A stretch of DNA of 64,000 nucleotides from positions 960,001-1,024,000 of the forward strand of contig OZ253555.1 in assembly GCA_965262725.1 (NCBI GenBank), read 5' to 3'. Under the pieces are notes generated by a model. That model was not told the DNA's origin and did no database searches. It worked only from the letters and a program-made list of their open reading frames with translations. Below are positions 10,845 to 20,332 of this stretch, in pieces (the stretch's first letter is position 1; every line of letters begins with the position of its first letter). This stretch comes from Dehalococcoidia bacterium (lineage in GTDB: Bacteria > Chloroflexota > Dehalococcoidia > UBA2979). The position numbers were made by a program, and so were the translations under genes.

Positions 10845-10872
10845 GCGCTCCGTGCGGGCGGCTCCCGCGGTT

Positions 10873-12183
10873 CTAGATCGTGAGCGGGCTTTGTGCCTGC
10901 TGCGACCTCACCGTTGCGCCGAAGGGGAGAGCGGAGGTCCCGAGCAACTCCGGCCCGACCATGGGGCCGACGACCGTGTTACGCCGGAGCGTGAACCGGG
11001 GCGGGATCCGCGCCCTCTTTCCGATCATGTTGAGACCGCTCCACAGCAGGTCGGGACGAGCCTCGTTGGGCCCCTCGACCGCGCCGACGCCGATGCGCGC
11101 GCCCGCCCCCACGACGACCTCCTTGTCGATGATCGAGCGTTCCACGATCGCGCCCTCGGCGATGTGGGCGCCGTGGAGGATCACCGAGTCGTAGACGGTG
11201 GCGCCGGGCTCGATGCGCACGCCCGGCGAGATCAGCGAGCGCACCACGGTGCCGTGCACGACCGATCCCGAGCCGAGGATCGACTGCCGCACCTCGGCCG
11301 CGGCGCCGACGCGGGCCGGGGGCTGCTTGTGCGTGCGAGAGACGATGCGCCGCCCCGGCTCGACGAAGCTCACGGGCGGCCGCTCGTCCAGGAGCTCCAT
11401 GCTCGCCTCCCAGTAGGCCTCGATGGTGCCGATGTCGCGCCAGTAGCCGTCGTAGAGGTAGCCGTGGATGCGCAGGCCCTCCCCCAGGGCCTTCGGCAGT
11501 ACGTCGCCGCCGAAGTCGTGGCCGGAGGTCGGGTCCTCGGCATCCTCGACGAGGAGGCGCGTGAGCACGTCGGCCTTGAAGACGTAGATCCCCATCGACG
11601 CGAGGTCGACCGTCGGCCGCTCCGGTTTCTCCTCGAAGTTCGCCACCCACCCGTCTGAGTCGAGCCCGACGAGGCCGAAGCGCGAGGCGTCCTCGAGCGG
11701 CACGCGGGAGAGCCCGACCGTGATGTCGGCGCCGCTGTCGGCGTGGCGGGCCAGCATCTCGCGGTAGTCCATGACGTAGACGTGGTCGCCCGCGAGCACC
11801 AGCACGGTGTCCGAGCGGTTCTCGTCGCGGTTCAGGAAGAAGAGGTTCTGGTAGACCGCGTCGGCCGTGCCGAGATACCAGTCGCTCCCGGGGTGGCGCG
11901 AGAGGTAGGGCTGGAGAACGGAGACGCGGGTCACGTCGCCGCCGTAGCCCCACGGCTGTCCGGCGCCGATATGTTCGTGGAGCGAGACCGGCATGTACTG
12001 CGTGAGGACGCCGACGCGGGGCAGCCGCGAGTTGGCGCAGTTGGAGAGCGCGAAGTCGATGATGCGGTAGCTGCCGCCGAAGGGTACCGCGGGCTTGGCT
12101 CGCTGCTCCGAGAGGACCGAGAGTCTATCGCCAGCGCCGCCGGCCATCAGGAAGGTCATCACCTCGGGCAGGGATCGCTGCAT
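10873..12183 (-). CDS. glgC: Glucose-1-phosphate adenylyltransferase
   Basis: AGGAGDRL..RAKPAVPFGGSYRIIDFALSN, GTADAV, GDHVY, FEEKP, SMGIY, DFG, YWRDIGT; C-terminal left-handed beta helix. Confidence 0.93.
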   Translation of the reverse strand: MQRSLPEVMTFLMAGGAGDRLSVLSEQRAKPAVPFGGSYRIIDFALSNCANSRLPRVGVLTQYMPVSLHEHIGAGQPWGYGGDVTRVSVLQPYLSRHPGSDWYLGTADAVYQNLFFLNRDENRSDTVLVLAGDHVYVMDYREMLARHADSGADITVGLSRVPLEDASRFGLVGLDSDGWVANFEEKPERPTVDLASMGIYVFKADVLTRLLVEDAEDPTSGHDFGGDVLPKALGEGLRIHGYLYDGYWRDIGTIEAYWEASMELLDERPPVSFVEPGRRIVSRTHKQPPARVGAAAEVRQSILGSGSVVHGTVVRSLISPGVRIEPGATVYDSVILHGAHIAEGAIVERSIIDKEVVVGAGARIGVGAVEGPNEARPDLLWSGLNMIGKRARIPPRFTLRRNTVVGPMVGPELLGTSALPFGATVRSQQAQSPLTI

Positions 12184-12272
12184 AGGCTCCAGTCCCTAGC
12201 CTACACGCCTGGGGCCGTGCAATCGTGGCCCCGGCACACCGGGTGCCGGGTACCCCACCGGAGGAGGATGGG

Positions 12273-13124
12273 ATGTCCGACGCGGAGGTCGCGCTCCCGC
12301 CGCCCGTCGAGTCGCTGCTCACGCGGGTGGTGGGGCGGCGCAGCCTGCTCGTCCTCGACTACGACGGGACGCTGGCGCCATTCCGCGTCGAGCGCATGGA
12401 GGCGGCGCCGGCGCCGGAACTGCTGCCGGCGCTCCGCTGCCTCGCCGACGCCCCCCGCGTCCGCTTGGTCGTGCTCTCCGGGCGACCGCTCGTCGAGCTG
12501 GAGCGCCTCCTCCCACTCGACCCGCTGCCGGAGCTGTGGGGCGTGCACGGGTGGGAGCACCGCCTCCCCAACGGGCGGCGTGACGATCCGCCGCTTCCGG
12601 CCGGCCTGCGGTCGCTGCTGGATGGCGAGGCGAGTCTCCTCGCGGACCTCGCACCGGCGCGGCTGGAGCGCAAGGTCGCCTCGCTCGCGCTCCACTGGCG
12701 CGGAGCCCCGGAGCGCGAGGCGGGAATCCTCGAGGGGCGCATCGCGCCGCGCTGGAGCGATCTCGCGGCCGCCGAGCCCGATCTGCATCTGCGCCGATTC
12801 GACGGGGGCCTGGAGCTGCGGGCCGCCGGCCGCGACAAGGGGAGCGCCCTGCTCGAGATGCTCGCTGGCGAGGAGACGCGGACCCCGGCCTGCTACGTGG
12901 GTGACGACGAGACCGACGAGGACGCCTTCCGGGCGCTTCGAGCCGCCTCGGCTGAGGGTACGCCCGCCGTGGGCGTGCTGGTGGCCGAGGAGAGCCGGCA
13001 GACGCTCGCCGCCTGCCGCATTGCTCCGGGCTCCGTGCGGATGCTCCTGGAGAGCTGGGCCGACGCCGCGGACACGCCCCCGCCCGGGACGCCGATCGAG
13101 GAGTCGGGGACCGGCTCCCCGTGA
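12273..13124 (+). CDS. otsB: Trehalose-6-phosphate phosphatase (HAD)
   Basis: DYDGTL, SGR, DKG, GDDETDEDAF; GGAGGA RBS; overlaps otsA start. Confidence 0.9.
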   Translation: MSDAEVALPPPVESLLTRVVGRRSLLVLDYDGTLAPFRVERMEAAPAPELLPALRCLADAPRVRLVVLSGRPLVELERLLPLDPLPELWGVHGWEHRLPNGRRDDPPLPAGLRSLLDGEASLLADLAPARLERKVASLALHWRGAPEREAGILEGRIAPRWSDLAAAEPDLHLRRFDGGLELRAAGRDKGSALLEMLAGEETRTPACYVGDDETDEDAFRALRAASAEGTPAVGVLVAEESRQTLAACRIAPGSVRMLLESWADAADTPPPGTPIEESGTGSP

Positions 13125-14527
13125 GCGAGGGGCCGCTCGTTGTCGTCTCCAATCGGCTGCCCGCGGCGGAGGAGCCGGGACGACCGCTCCCGGCCGGCGG
13201 TCTCGCCTCCGCCCTGCGCCGGGCCCTCGACAAGACGGGGGGCCTCTGGTTCGGGTGGAGCGGCGCGTCGGGCGACCCCGGGGCGGAGCCCGCCAGGCGG
13301 CGCTCCGGAGCCGTCGAGTACGTCGCGGTCGATCTCTCGGCGGAGGAGATACGGGCGTACTACGAGGGGTTCTGCAATCGGGCGCTGTGGCCGCTCTTCC
13401 ACGGCTTCGACGGGCGCGCGCACCTCGACGGGGCCGAGTACGAGGTCTACCGCCGGGTTAACGCGCGCGTCGCCGAGCTCCTGTTGCCGCTCCTCGCGAC
13501 CGGCGCCCGCGTCTGGGTCCACGACTACCACCTGCTGCCGCTGGGGGAGGAGCTACGCCGGCGCGGCTGGCGCGGCCGGCTGGGCTTCTTCCTGCACATC
13601 CCCGTACCGACCGTGGCCGCCTGGGCACGCCTGCCGGGTGCGGCGGAGCTGGCCCGCGCGCTCTCCGCCTACGACCTCGTGGGCGTGCAAACTGGGCGCG
13701 ACCTCGAGGCGGCTCGCGCCGTCATGGAGGCCTACGGCGCCGGCGCGGCCGCGGGGCGACTCGCGGCCCATCCCATCGGGATCGATCCAGAGCACTGGCG
13801 CGACCTCTCCGCCAGCGAGCCGGCGAATCCCCTGGAGCCCGTGGCGCGCGGTCGGCTCGTGCTCTTCGGCGCCGATCGTCTCGACTACAGCAAGGGGATC
13901 CCGCTCCGCCTCGAGGCCTTCGAACGCCTGCTCGAGCGCGAACCGCGCTGGCGCTCGGAGGCGCTGCTCGTGCAGTGGTCGGCGCCCTCGCGCGCGGAGA
14001 TACCGGAGTACCGGGAGGAGCGCGAGCGCGTCGCCGAGCTCGCCGCGCGCATCGAGGCGCGCTTCGGCTCCGCATCGCCCCGGGCCGCGGTGGGGACGGC
14101 GAGCCCAGTCTGGTGTGAGATCGCGACGCGGGAGGCCTCGATCATCGCCGCTGGCTACCGCGAGGCGGCGGTGTCGCTCGTCACCTCGCACGCCGACGGG
14201 ATGAACCTCGTCGCCAAGGAGTTTGTCGCCGTGCAGCGCGCCGGGGATCCGGGCGTCCTGGTTCTTTCGCGGGGATGCGGCGCCGCCGAGGAGCTCAAGG
14301 AGGCGCTCCTGGTCCCGCCGGGCGATGTCGGCGCGCTCGCGAGCGCGATGGCCGAGGCGCTCGCCATGCCCGTGCGCGAGCGCCGCGATCGCTGGCGGGC
14401 GCTCGCCTCGCGCGTCGAGGGCAGCACGGTGCACGACTGGAGCCGCCGCTTCCTCGCGGAGCTGGATGCGGCGCGTCCCGGGGGCGAGGCGTTCCCCCCG
14501 GGCGAGTCGCGCGGAAGCAACGCCTAG
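13121..14527 (+). CDS. otsA: Trehalose-6-phosphate synthase (GT20)
   Basis: VSNRLP, GGLA, YYEGFCNRALWPLFH, HDYHL, FFLHIP, DRLDYSKG, DGMNLVAKEF. Confidence 0.93.
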   Translation: MSEGPLVVVSNRLPAAEEPGRPLPAGGLASALRRALDKTGGLWFGWSGASGDPGAEPARRRSGAVEYVAVDLSAEEIRAYYEGFCNRALWPLFHGFDGRAHLDGAEYEVYRRVNARVAELLLPLLATGARVWVHDYHLLPLGEELRRRGWRGRLGFFLHIPVPTVAAWARLPGAAELARALSAYDLVGVQTGRDLEAARAVMEAYGAGAAAGRLAAHPIGIDPEHWRDLSASEPANPLEPVARGRLVLFGADRLDYSKGIPLRLEAFERLLEREPRWRSEALLVQWSAPSRAEIPEYREERERVAELAARIEARFGSASPRAAVGTASPVWCEIATREASIIAAGYREAAVSLVTSHADGMNLVAKEFVAVQRAGDPGVLVLSRGCGAAEELKEALLVPPGDVGALASAMAEALAMPVRERRDRWRALASRVEGSTVHDWSRRFLAELDAARPGGEAFPPGESRGSNA

Positions 14528-15183
14528 TCGCGGCCGGAGAGCCCCCGGGCGGCGTCGGCGTCGGCGATCACCTCGATCCGCCCGGCGCGGATGCGCCCGG
14601 CCGGAAGATCCTCGCCGGCGAGCCAGCGCCGGAGCGGCTCGCGCTTGCGGGCGCCGGCGACGAGGAAGAGCGCCACGCGCGCCGCCGCGAGCGCGGGCGG
14701 CGTCAGCGTCAGACGCGCGTGATCGGGCCGCTCCACGCGCGCGACGAGCCGGTCCCGCTCGGCGACGGCGGGATCGCCGGGGAAGAGCGACGCGGTGTGT
14801 CCGTCCTCGCCGAGGCCGAGGAGGGCGACGTCGAAGGCGATCGGTCGCCCGGCACCGAAGACGGAGGCAAGCGTCGCCTCGTAGGCTGCCGCGTCGCAGC
14901 GTGCGCCGTCCATGGCGTGCACGCGTGCCGGGACGCGGTCGAGCAGCGCGCGGCGTGCCATCCCCTCGTTGGAATCGGGGTGGTGGCGCGGCACGCAGCG
15001 CTCGTCTGAGAAGAAGACGTCGACTTCCGCCCAGTCGAGGTCGTCCACCGTGAGCGCCTCGTAGAGGGCGCGCGGCGTCGAGCCGCCAGCGAGCGCCAGG
15101 CGACGGGGACGGAGCGCCCGCAGCCGCTCGCGCGCTGCGGAGGCGAGCTCGCCGGCGGGGACGACGCTCAGATCAGCCCGCAC
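14524..15183 (-). CDS. pgl: 6-phosphogluconolactonase
   Basis: LAGGSTP, DERCVP..HPDSN, LGLGEDGHTASLFP, RLTLT. Confidence 0.93.
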   Translation of the reverse strand: MRADLSVVPAGELASAARERLRALRPRRLALAGGSTPRALYEALTVDDLDWAEVDVFFSDERCVPRHHPDSNEGMARRALLDRVPARVHAMDGARCDAAAYEATLASVFGAGRPIAFDVALLGLGEDGHTASLFPGDPAVAERDRLVARVERPDHARLTLTPPALAAARVALFLVAGARKREPLRRWLAGEDLPAGRIRAGRIEVIADADAARGLSGRD

Positions 15184-15196
15184 GGCACGCGCCCGA

Positions 15197-16618
15197 CTAC
15201 TCGTCGAGGTGCCACGCGCGCGGGCTGATCAGGCTCTCCGCCGCCGGCGGACCCCAGCTGCCCGCGGCGTAGTAGGTGACAGGCGGGAGATCGTTGATAA
15301 CGGGGTCGACGAGCTCCCACGCCCGCTTCACGCCGTCCGCGCGGAGGAAGAGCGTGCGGTCGCCGTCCATTGCGTCGTAGAGCAGCCGCTCGTAGGCCTC
15401 CTGCGGCTCGGTCATGAATGAGTCGCCGTAGGAGAAGGCCATCCGCACCGGCTCGGCGTACACGTCCGGTCCCGGCGGCTTCGCTACGAAGGAGAGGGTG
15501 ATCCCCTCCTCCGGCTGCAGGCGCAGCGTGAGGCGGTTGGGGCGGAGCGTGGAGACCCGCGTCGGCTCGAAGAAGCTGATCGGCGCGTCCCGGAACTGGA
15601 TGGTCACCTCCGAGACGCGGCGCGGCATCCTCTTCCCGGTGCGGATGAAGAACGGCACGCCCGCCCAGCGCCAGCTGTCGATCCGCAGGCGCGCCGCCGC
15701 GAAGGACTCGGTCCGGGAGTCGGGAGCGACTCCCTCCTCCTCCCGGTAGCCGGGAATCGGCTCGCCGTCGATCACGCCGCGCGTGTACTGGCCGAGCACG
15801 ACGTCTGTCGCGTCGATGGGGACGATCGCGTGGAGCGCCTTCACCTTCTCGTCGCGGATCGCCTCCGCCTCGAAGGAGGTTGGGGGCTCCATCGTCAGGA
15901 GCGAGACGACCTGCAGCACGTGGTTCTGCAGGATGTCGCGAAACGCACCGACCTGCTCGTAGGTGGAGCCCCGTCCCTCGAGTCCTATGGACTCGCCGAC
16001 GGTGATCTGCACGTGGTCGATGGCGTCCCGGTTCCACAGCCGCTCGAAGATCGCGTTGCCGAAGCGGAAGACCAGGATGTTCTGGACGGTCTCCTTACCC
16101 AGGTAGTGGTCGATGCGGTAGATCTGATCCTCGTCGAGGTAGCGTCGGAGCTCGGCGTCGAGCTCCGACGCCGAGCGCAGGTCGTAGCCGAACGGCTTCT
16201 CGATGACGACCCGCCCGCCCCGGGTGAGACCGTGCTCGGCGAGCTCGCCCGCGGTCTCGGCGAAGACGGAGGGAGGTGTCGCGAGGTAGATGAGCCGTCG
16301 CTCCTGCTCGCTACGATCCGCCACGCCGGCGAGGCCGTGCTCCCTGGCGCAGACGAAGCGCAGCCGCCGAGCGAGCGGCTCCCACACCGACTCGTCGAAG
16401 TGTCGGCGCGAGTGCTCGCGGACGGCCTCCCGGGCGTGCCGCCGGAAGTCATCGTCGGAGAGCTGGCCGCGGGCGTAGCCGATCACGGCGCCCTCGTCGG
16501 GGAGAAGGCCGTCCAGCGCCAGGTTGTAGAGCGCCGGCAGCAGCTTGCGCCGCGCGAGGTCGCCGGTCGCGCCCACCAGCACGATGTCCTGCGGCTCGGC
16601 CGCCTCCATCCCCCTCAT
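15197..16618 (-). CDS. zwf: Glucose-6-phosphate 1-dehydrogenase
   Basis: GATGDLARRKL, EKPFG, RIDHYLGKETVQN, RWAGVPFFIRTGK. Confidence 0.96.
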   Translation of the reverse strand: MRGMEAAEPQDIVLVGATGDLARRKLLPALYNLALDGLLPDEGAVIGYARGQLSDDDFRRHAREAVREHSRRHFDESVWEPLARRLRFVCAREHGLAGVADRSEQERRLIYLATPPSVFAETAGELAEHGLTRGGRVVIEKPFGYDLRSASELDAELRRYLDEDQIYRIDHYLGKETVQNILVFRFGNAIFERLWNRDAIDHVQITVGESIGLEGRGSTYEQVGAFRDILQNHVLQVVSLLTMEPPTSFEAEAIRDEKVKALHAIVPIDATDVVLGQYTRGVIDGEPIPGYREEEGVAPDSRTESFAAARLRIDSWRWAGVPFFIRTGKRMPRRVSEVTIQFRDAPISFFEPTRVSTLRPNRLTLRLQPEEGITLSFVAKPPGPDVYAEPVRMAFSYGDSFMTEPQEAYERLLYDAMDGDRTLFLRADGVKRAWELVDPVINDLPPVTYYAAGSWGPPAAESLISPRAWHLDE

Positions 16619-16660
16619 CGAGCCACCCTCCCCGAGCGGGCTCCCGGGATCCCGGGTCCC

Positions 16661-17566
16661 TCATCCGGCCGCCGACGATCCGCCTGGGGAGTCGCCCGCG
16701 GCGGACTGCACGGCGTGGCCTCCGAACTCCTGGCGAAGGGCCGCGATCAGCCGCAGCCCGAGGCCGTCCTCGTGACGGGAGTCGAATCGGGCGAAGAGGG
16801 AGTGCGCGATGCCCGTAGCCGGCACTTCCCGCTCCACGGCCTCCATGACCGTCCAGCGCCCCTCGCCAGAGTCCTCGACGAAGGGCCGCAGCCCAGTGAG
16901 ACCCGGATCGCGCGCGAGCGCCCGCTCGGCGAGCTCGAGGAGCCAGGAGCGCACCACGCTGCCGTGGTTCCAGAGGGAGGCGACCGCCCGCAGGTCGAGC
17001 GGCTCGTCGTAGGCGTCGAGGAGCTCGAAGCCCTCCGCGTAGGCCTGGAGCATCGCGTACTCGATGCCGTTGTGGATCATCTTCACGTAGTGGCCGGAGC
17101 CCACGGGGCCGACATGGAGATAGCCGCCCTCGGGCGCGAGGGCGGCGAACACCGGCTCGACCAGGGAGACGGCGTCCTCGGGTCCCCCGACCATCAGGCA
17201 GAAGCCCTCGGCAAGACCCCAGACGCCCCCCGAGGTGCCCGCGTCGAGGAGGCGCACGCCCCCCTCTGCGAGCATCCCCGAGCGGCGGACGGTGTCGCGG
17301 TAGTGGCTGTTGCCTCCCTCGACCACGACATCACCCGCGGAGAGCAGCGCCGCCAGGGCGCGAACGCTCTCCTCGGTCGGCTCGCCAGAGGGGACCATCA
17401 CCCAGACGACGCGCGGCGCAGCGAGCTCCGCCACCATCTCCTCCAGGGAGCCCGCGTCGGAGCTCTCGGGGTTGCGGTCGAAGCCGACGACCTCGTGCCC
17501 GGCGCGCCGGAGCCGCTCCCGGATGCCGGCGCCCATCCGCCCCAGGCCCACGAGCCCGATCTTCAT
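16661..17566 (-). CDS. gnd: 6-phosphogluconate dehydrogenase (decarboxylating, short form)
   Basis: MKIGLVGLGRMG, DAGTSGG, GHYVKMIHNGIEY, DSGEGRWTV, ALRQEFGGH. Confidence 0.93.
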   Translation of the reverse strand: MKIGLVGLGRMGAGIRERLRRAGHEVVGFDRNPESSDAGSLEEMVAELAAPRVVWVMVPSGEPTEESVRALAALLSAGDVVVEGGNSHYRDTVRRSGMLAEGGVRLLDAGTSGGVWGLAEGFCLMVGGPEDAVSLVEPVFAALAPEGGYLHVGPVGSGHYVKMIHNGIEYAMLQAYAEGFELLDAYDEPLDLRAVASLWNHGSVVRSWLLELAERALARDPGLTGLRPFVEDSGEGRWTVMEAVEREVPATGIAHSLFARFDSRHEDGLGLRLIAALRQEFGGHAVQSAAGDSPGGSSAAG

Positions 17567-17621
17567 GGTGCCCTCCCTCGTTGGCGCGGCGGTCGGCGGC
17601 GCGCCGGACCCCGCTGTCGAG

Positions 17622-20291
17622 CTAGGTTGCGAGCGCTTCGAGCTCCTCGGCACTGACGCGGGCGACGCGCCGGCCACGCGCCCTCAGCGCCGCGAGGTCG
17701 CCGGCCGCCTGCGCTTGCTTCAGCGTGCCGAAGTCGTACGCGGCGCCGGGGATCGGAAGCGTCACGGGATCCTCGCCGACGAGTTGCAGGTAGACGCCGC
17801 CCGGCGGGCCCCCCTTGTGAAGCTGCCCCGTCGAGTGCAGGAAGCGCGGTCCGTAGCCGACGGTCGTCGCGACCCGGTGGCGATCACGGAGCGCGGCGCG
17901 GACGGCCTGAAGCCAGCGATCGTTCTCTGAGGTGCGCGGCACGTAGGCGAGGATCGCCACGTAGTCGCCGGGTGAGAGCGTCTCGAGCACCTCCTGCGCG
18001 CGTGGCGTTGCGAGGTCGACCGCCTCGCCGGCGAGGACCCTCGCCGTCCGGTCCTTCGCCTCCTGGACGTTCGGCTGATCGAAGGGGTGGATGCCGAGCA
18101 CGTGCCCCGCGACGGCGGTCGCGACCTCCCAGCGGAAGAACTCGGCGCCGAGCTGCTCGGGCGGTGCGTGCGGGAGCCGGATGACGGGATGACCCGCCTC
18201 CTGCAGGGCGTCGAGCGCCGACGCGGTGCCGGCGGGCTCGCCGATTGCCACGAAGAGCCGATCGTTCCCGTAGCTCTCCGGCGGGCCCAGGGCCTCGCCC
18301 TCGACGGGGAGGATGCCCCTCCCCTCCTTCCCGGTGGACTCGGCGAGGAGCTGCTCGATCCAGCTCCCGAGGCTCGCGATCTCCTCGGGGAGCACGAGCG
18401 TGAGCTTGTCGAGGCCGGCCGCCTCAGCCTCGCCGAGCACGGCACCGAGCCAGGCGCCGGGGTTGTCGCGGGCGGGCACGCAGGTGTGGCAGGCGCGGCG
18501 CATGGAGGCGGCTGCCTCGAGCACCGCCCCGACCGGGACCCCCGCCAGCGCGGCCGGGAGCAGCCCGAAGTAGGAGAGCGCCGAGTAACGCCCGCCGATG
18601 TCGGGCGGGTTCTCGAAGACGCGGCGGAAGCCCCGCTCCCCGGCGAGCGCCGCGAGCGGGCTCCCCGGGTCGGTGATCGCGATGAAGTGCCGGCCGGCGC
18701 CGCCCGGAAGCTCGCGCTCAACCCGCTCCCAGAAGAACTCAAGCTGGGAGCGCGTCTCGATGGTGCTGCCGGACTTGCTCGCGGCGATGAAGAGCGTACG
18801 TCCCGGGGGGAGGCGCTCCGCCGCCTCCGCGATCGCCAGCGGGTCGGTGGTGTCGAGGACAACGAGCTCGAGGCCGTCGGGCGTCGCTCCGAATGAGCTC
18901 GCCATCACCTCGGGCGCCAGGCTCGATCCCCCCATCCCCATCAGCACCGCCGTGCGGTAGCCGGCGTCGGCGACCTGCCGCGCGAAGCCCTCGATCTCGC
19001 CGGCGCGGCCGCGCATCTCCTCGTCGACGGTGAGCCAGCCGAGGCGGTCCGAGATCTCGCCGGGATCCTCGGCCCACAGCGTGTGGTCGTGAGCCCAGAG
19101 CCGGCGCACCACCTCCCCCTCGGCGAGCGCCGCGATACGCCGCGAGACCCGGGGCGCGAGCGCGCCGAGCGCGCTCCCGTCGTTGCGGCTGCGGGGGTCG
19201 TTCAGCGTCGCGATGGAGGCGTCGATGCAGTCGAGCAGGGAGCGGAAGTCGGCGGCGAAGGAGTTGAGCCCCTCTGCGAGCAGCTCGTCGGTGGCGCGCC
19301 CGACGTCGATGCCGGCGCCGGCGAGGCGCGCCATCATCTCGTGCGCCTCCGCCATTGCGCGCTCGTCGATGCCGCCCGCGGGGTTCCCGTGGTCGGCGAA
19401 CGCGAGGAGCGTGGGCTCCGGCATCGTGTTGACGGTGTCGGCGGCGACCAGCTCGTCGACGTAGAGCACATCGGAATAGGCCGGGTGCTTCGTGCTTGTC
19501 GAGGCCCAGAGCGGGCGCTGCACGCGCGCCCCGGCGGCGGCGAGCCGCTCCCAGCGCGGTCCGCTGAAGTGCGCCAGGAAGCGCTCGTAGGCGATGCGGG
19601 CGTTCGCGACGGCGGCGCTCCCGGCGAGCTCCGATCCCCCGGGGAGCCAGCCGTCCACCTTGCTGTCGACCCGCGAGACGAAGAAGGAGGCGACCGAGGC
19701 GAGGTCGCCGAGCGGCAGCCCCTGCTCGAGTCGGTGCTCGAGCCCCTCGATGTAGGCCTCGGCGACGCGCTCGTAGACGCCGACGCCAAAGAGGAGCGTG
19801 ACGTTGACGCTGGCGCCCTGCGCCGTGAGCTCGCGCAGCGCCTCGACGCCCGCGGCGGTGCCGGGCACCTTGATCATCACGTTGGGGCGCCCGACGGCCT
19901 CGCGCAGCCGGTGTGCCTCGCGCACGGTCGCCTCGGCGTCGTTCTCGATGCCGGGCGGCGCCTCGAAGGAGACGTAGCCGTCGGCGCCCTCCGTCTCCTC
20001 GTAGACGGCGCGGAAGATGTCGGCGGCGCGGCGCAGGTCGTCGCTGGCGATGCGCACGAAGGCGTCGTAGCCGCTCCCGGTGCTCTCGGCGGCGGCGTCG
20101 CGAAGCGCGTCGTCGTAGTGGGCCGAGCCCGAGATCGCGCGGTTGAAGATCGTCGGATTGGAGGTGAGGCCGGTGATCCAGCCCTCGCTCACGTAGCGCT
20201 CGAGCTGGCCCGATTCGAGCATCCCGCGGTGGATGAAGTCGAGCCAGACGCTCTGTCCGCGCTCGCGCAGCCTCCCGATCGTCTCCGGCAT
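17622..20291 (-). CDS. Bifunctional transaldolase / glucose-6-phosphate isomerase (Tal-Pgi fusion)
   Basis: N-half GLTSNPTIF, VMIKVPGT (Schiff-base Lys), ASFFVSRVD, RPLWASTS; C-half GMGGSSL, SKSGSTIET, IGGRYSALS, EQLLAESTGK, FDQPNV, HSTGQLHKGG. Confidence 0.92.
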   Translation of the reverse strand: MPETIGRLRERGQSVWLDFIHRGMLESGQLERYVSEGWITGLTSNPTIFNRAISGSAHYDDALRDAAAESTGSGYDAFVRIASDDLRRAADIFRAVYEETEGADGYVSFEAPPGIENDAEATVREAHRLREAVGRPNVMIKVPGTAAGVEALRELTAQGASVNVTLLFGVGVYERVAEAYIEGLEHRLEQGLPLGDLASVASFFVSRVDSKVDGWLPGGSELAGSAAVANARIAYERFLAHFSGPRWERLAAAGARVQRPLWASTSTKHPAYSDVLYVDELVAADTVNTMPEPTLLAFADHGNPAGGIDERAMAEAHEMMARLAGAGIDVGRATDELLAEGLNSFAADFRSLLDCIDASIATLNDPRSRNDGSALGALAPRVSRRIAALAEGEVVRRLWAHDHTLWAEDPGEISDRLGWLTVDEEMRGRAGEIEGFARQVADAGYRTAVLMGMGGSSLAPEVMASSFGATPDGLELVVLDTTDPLAIAEAAERLPPGRTLFIAASKSGSTIETRSQLEFFWERVERELPGGAGRHFIAITDPGSPLAALAGERGFRRVFENPPDIGGRYSALSYFGLLPAALAGVPVGAVLEAAASMRRACHTCVPARDNPGAWLGAVLGEAEAAGLDKLTLVLPEEIASLGSWIEQLLAESTGKEGRGILPVEGEALGPPESYGNDRLFVAIGEPAGTASALDALQEAGHPVIRLPHAPPEQLGAEFFRWEVATAVAGHVLGIHPFDQPNVQEAKDRTARVLAGEAVDLATPRAQEVLETLSPGDYVAILAYVPRTSENDRWLQAVRAALRDRHRVATTVGYGPRFLHSTGQLHKGGPPGGVYLQLVGEDPVTLPIPGAAYDFGTLKQAQAAGDLAALRARGRRVARVSAEELEALAT

Positions 20292-20332
20292 AGCGTCTCC
20301 CGTCTCGCCCCCGGCGGATCGCGTCCCGGAAT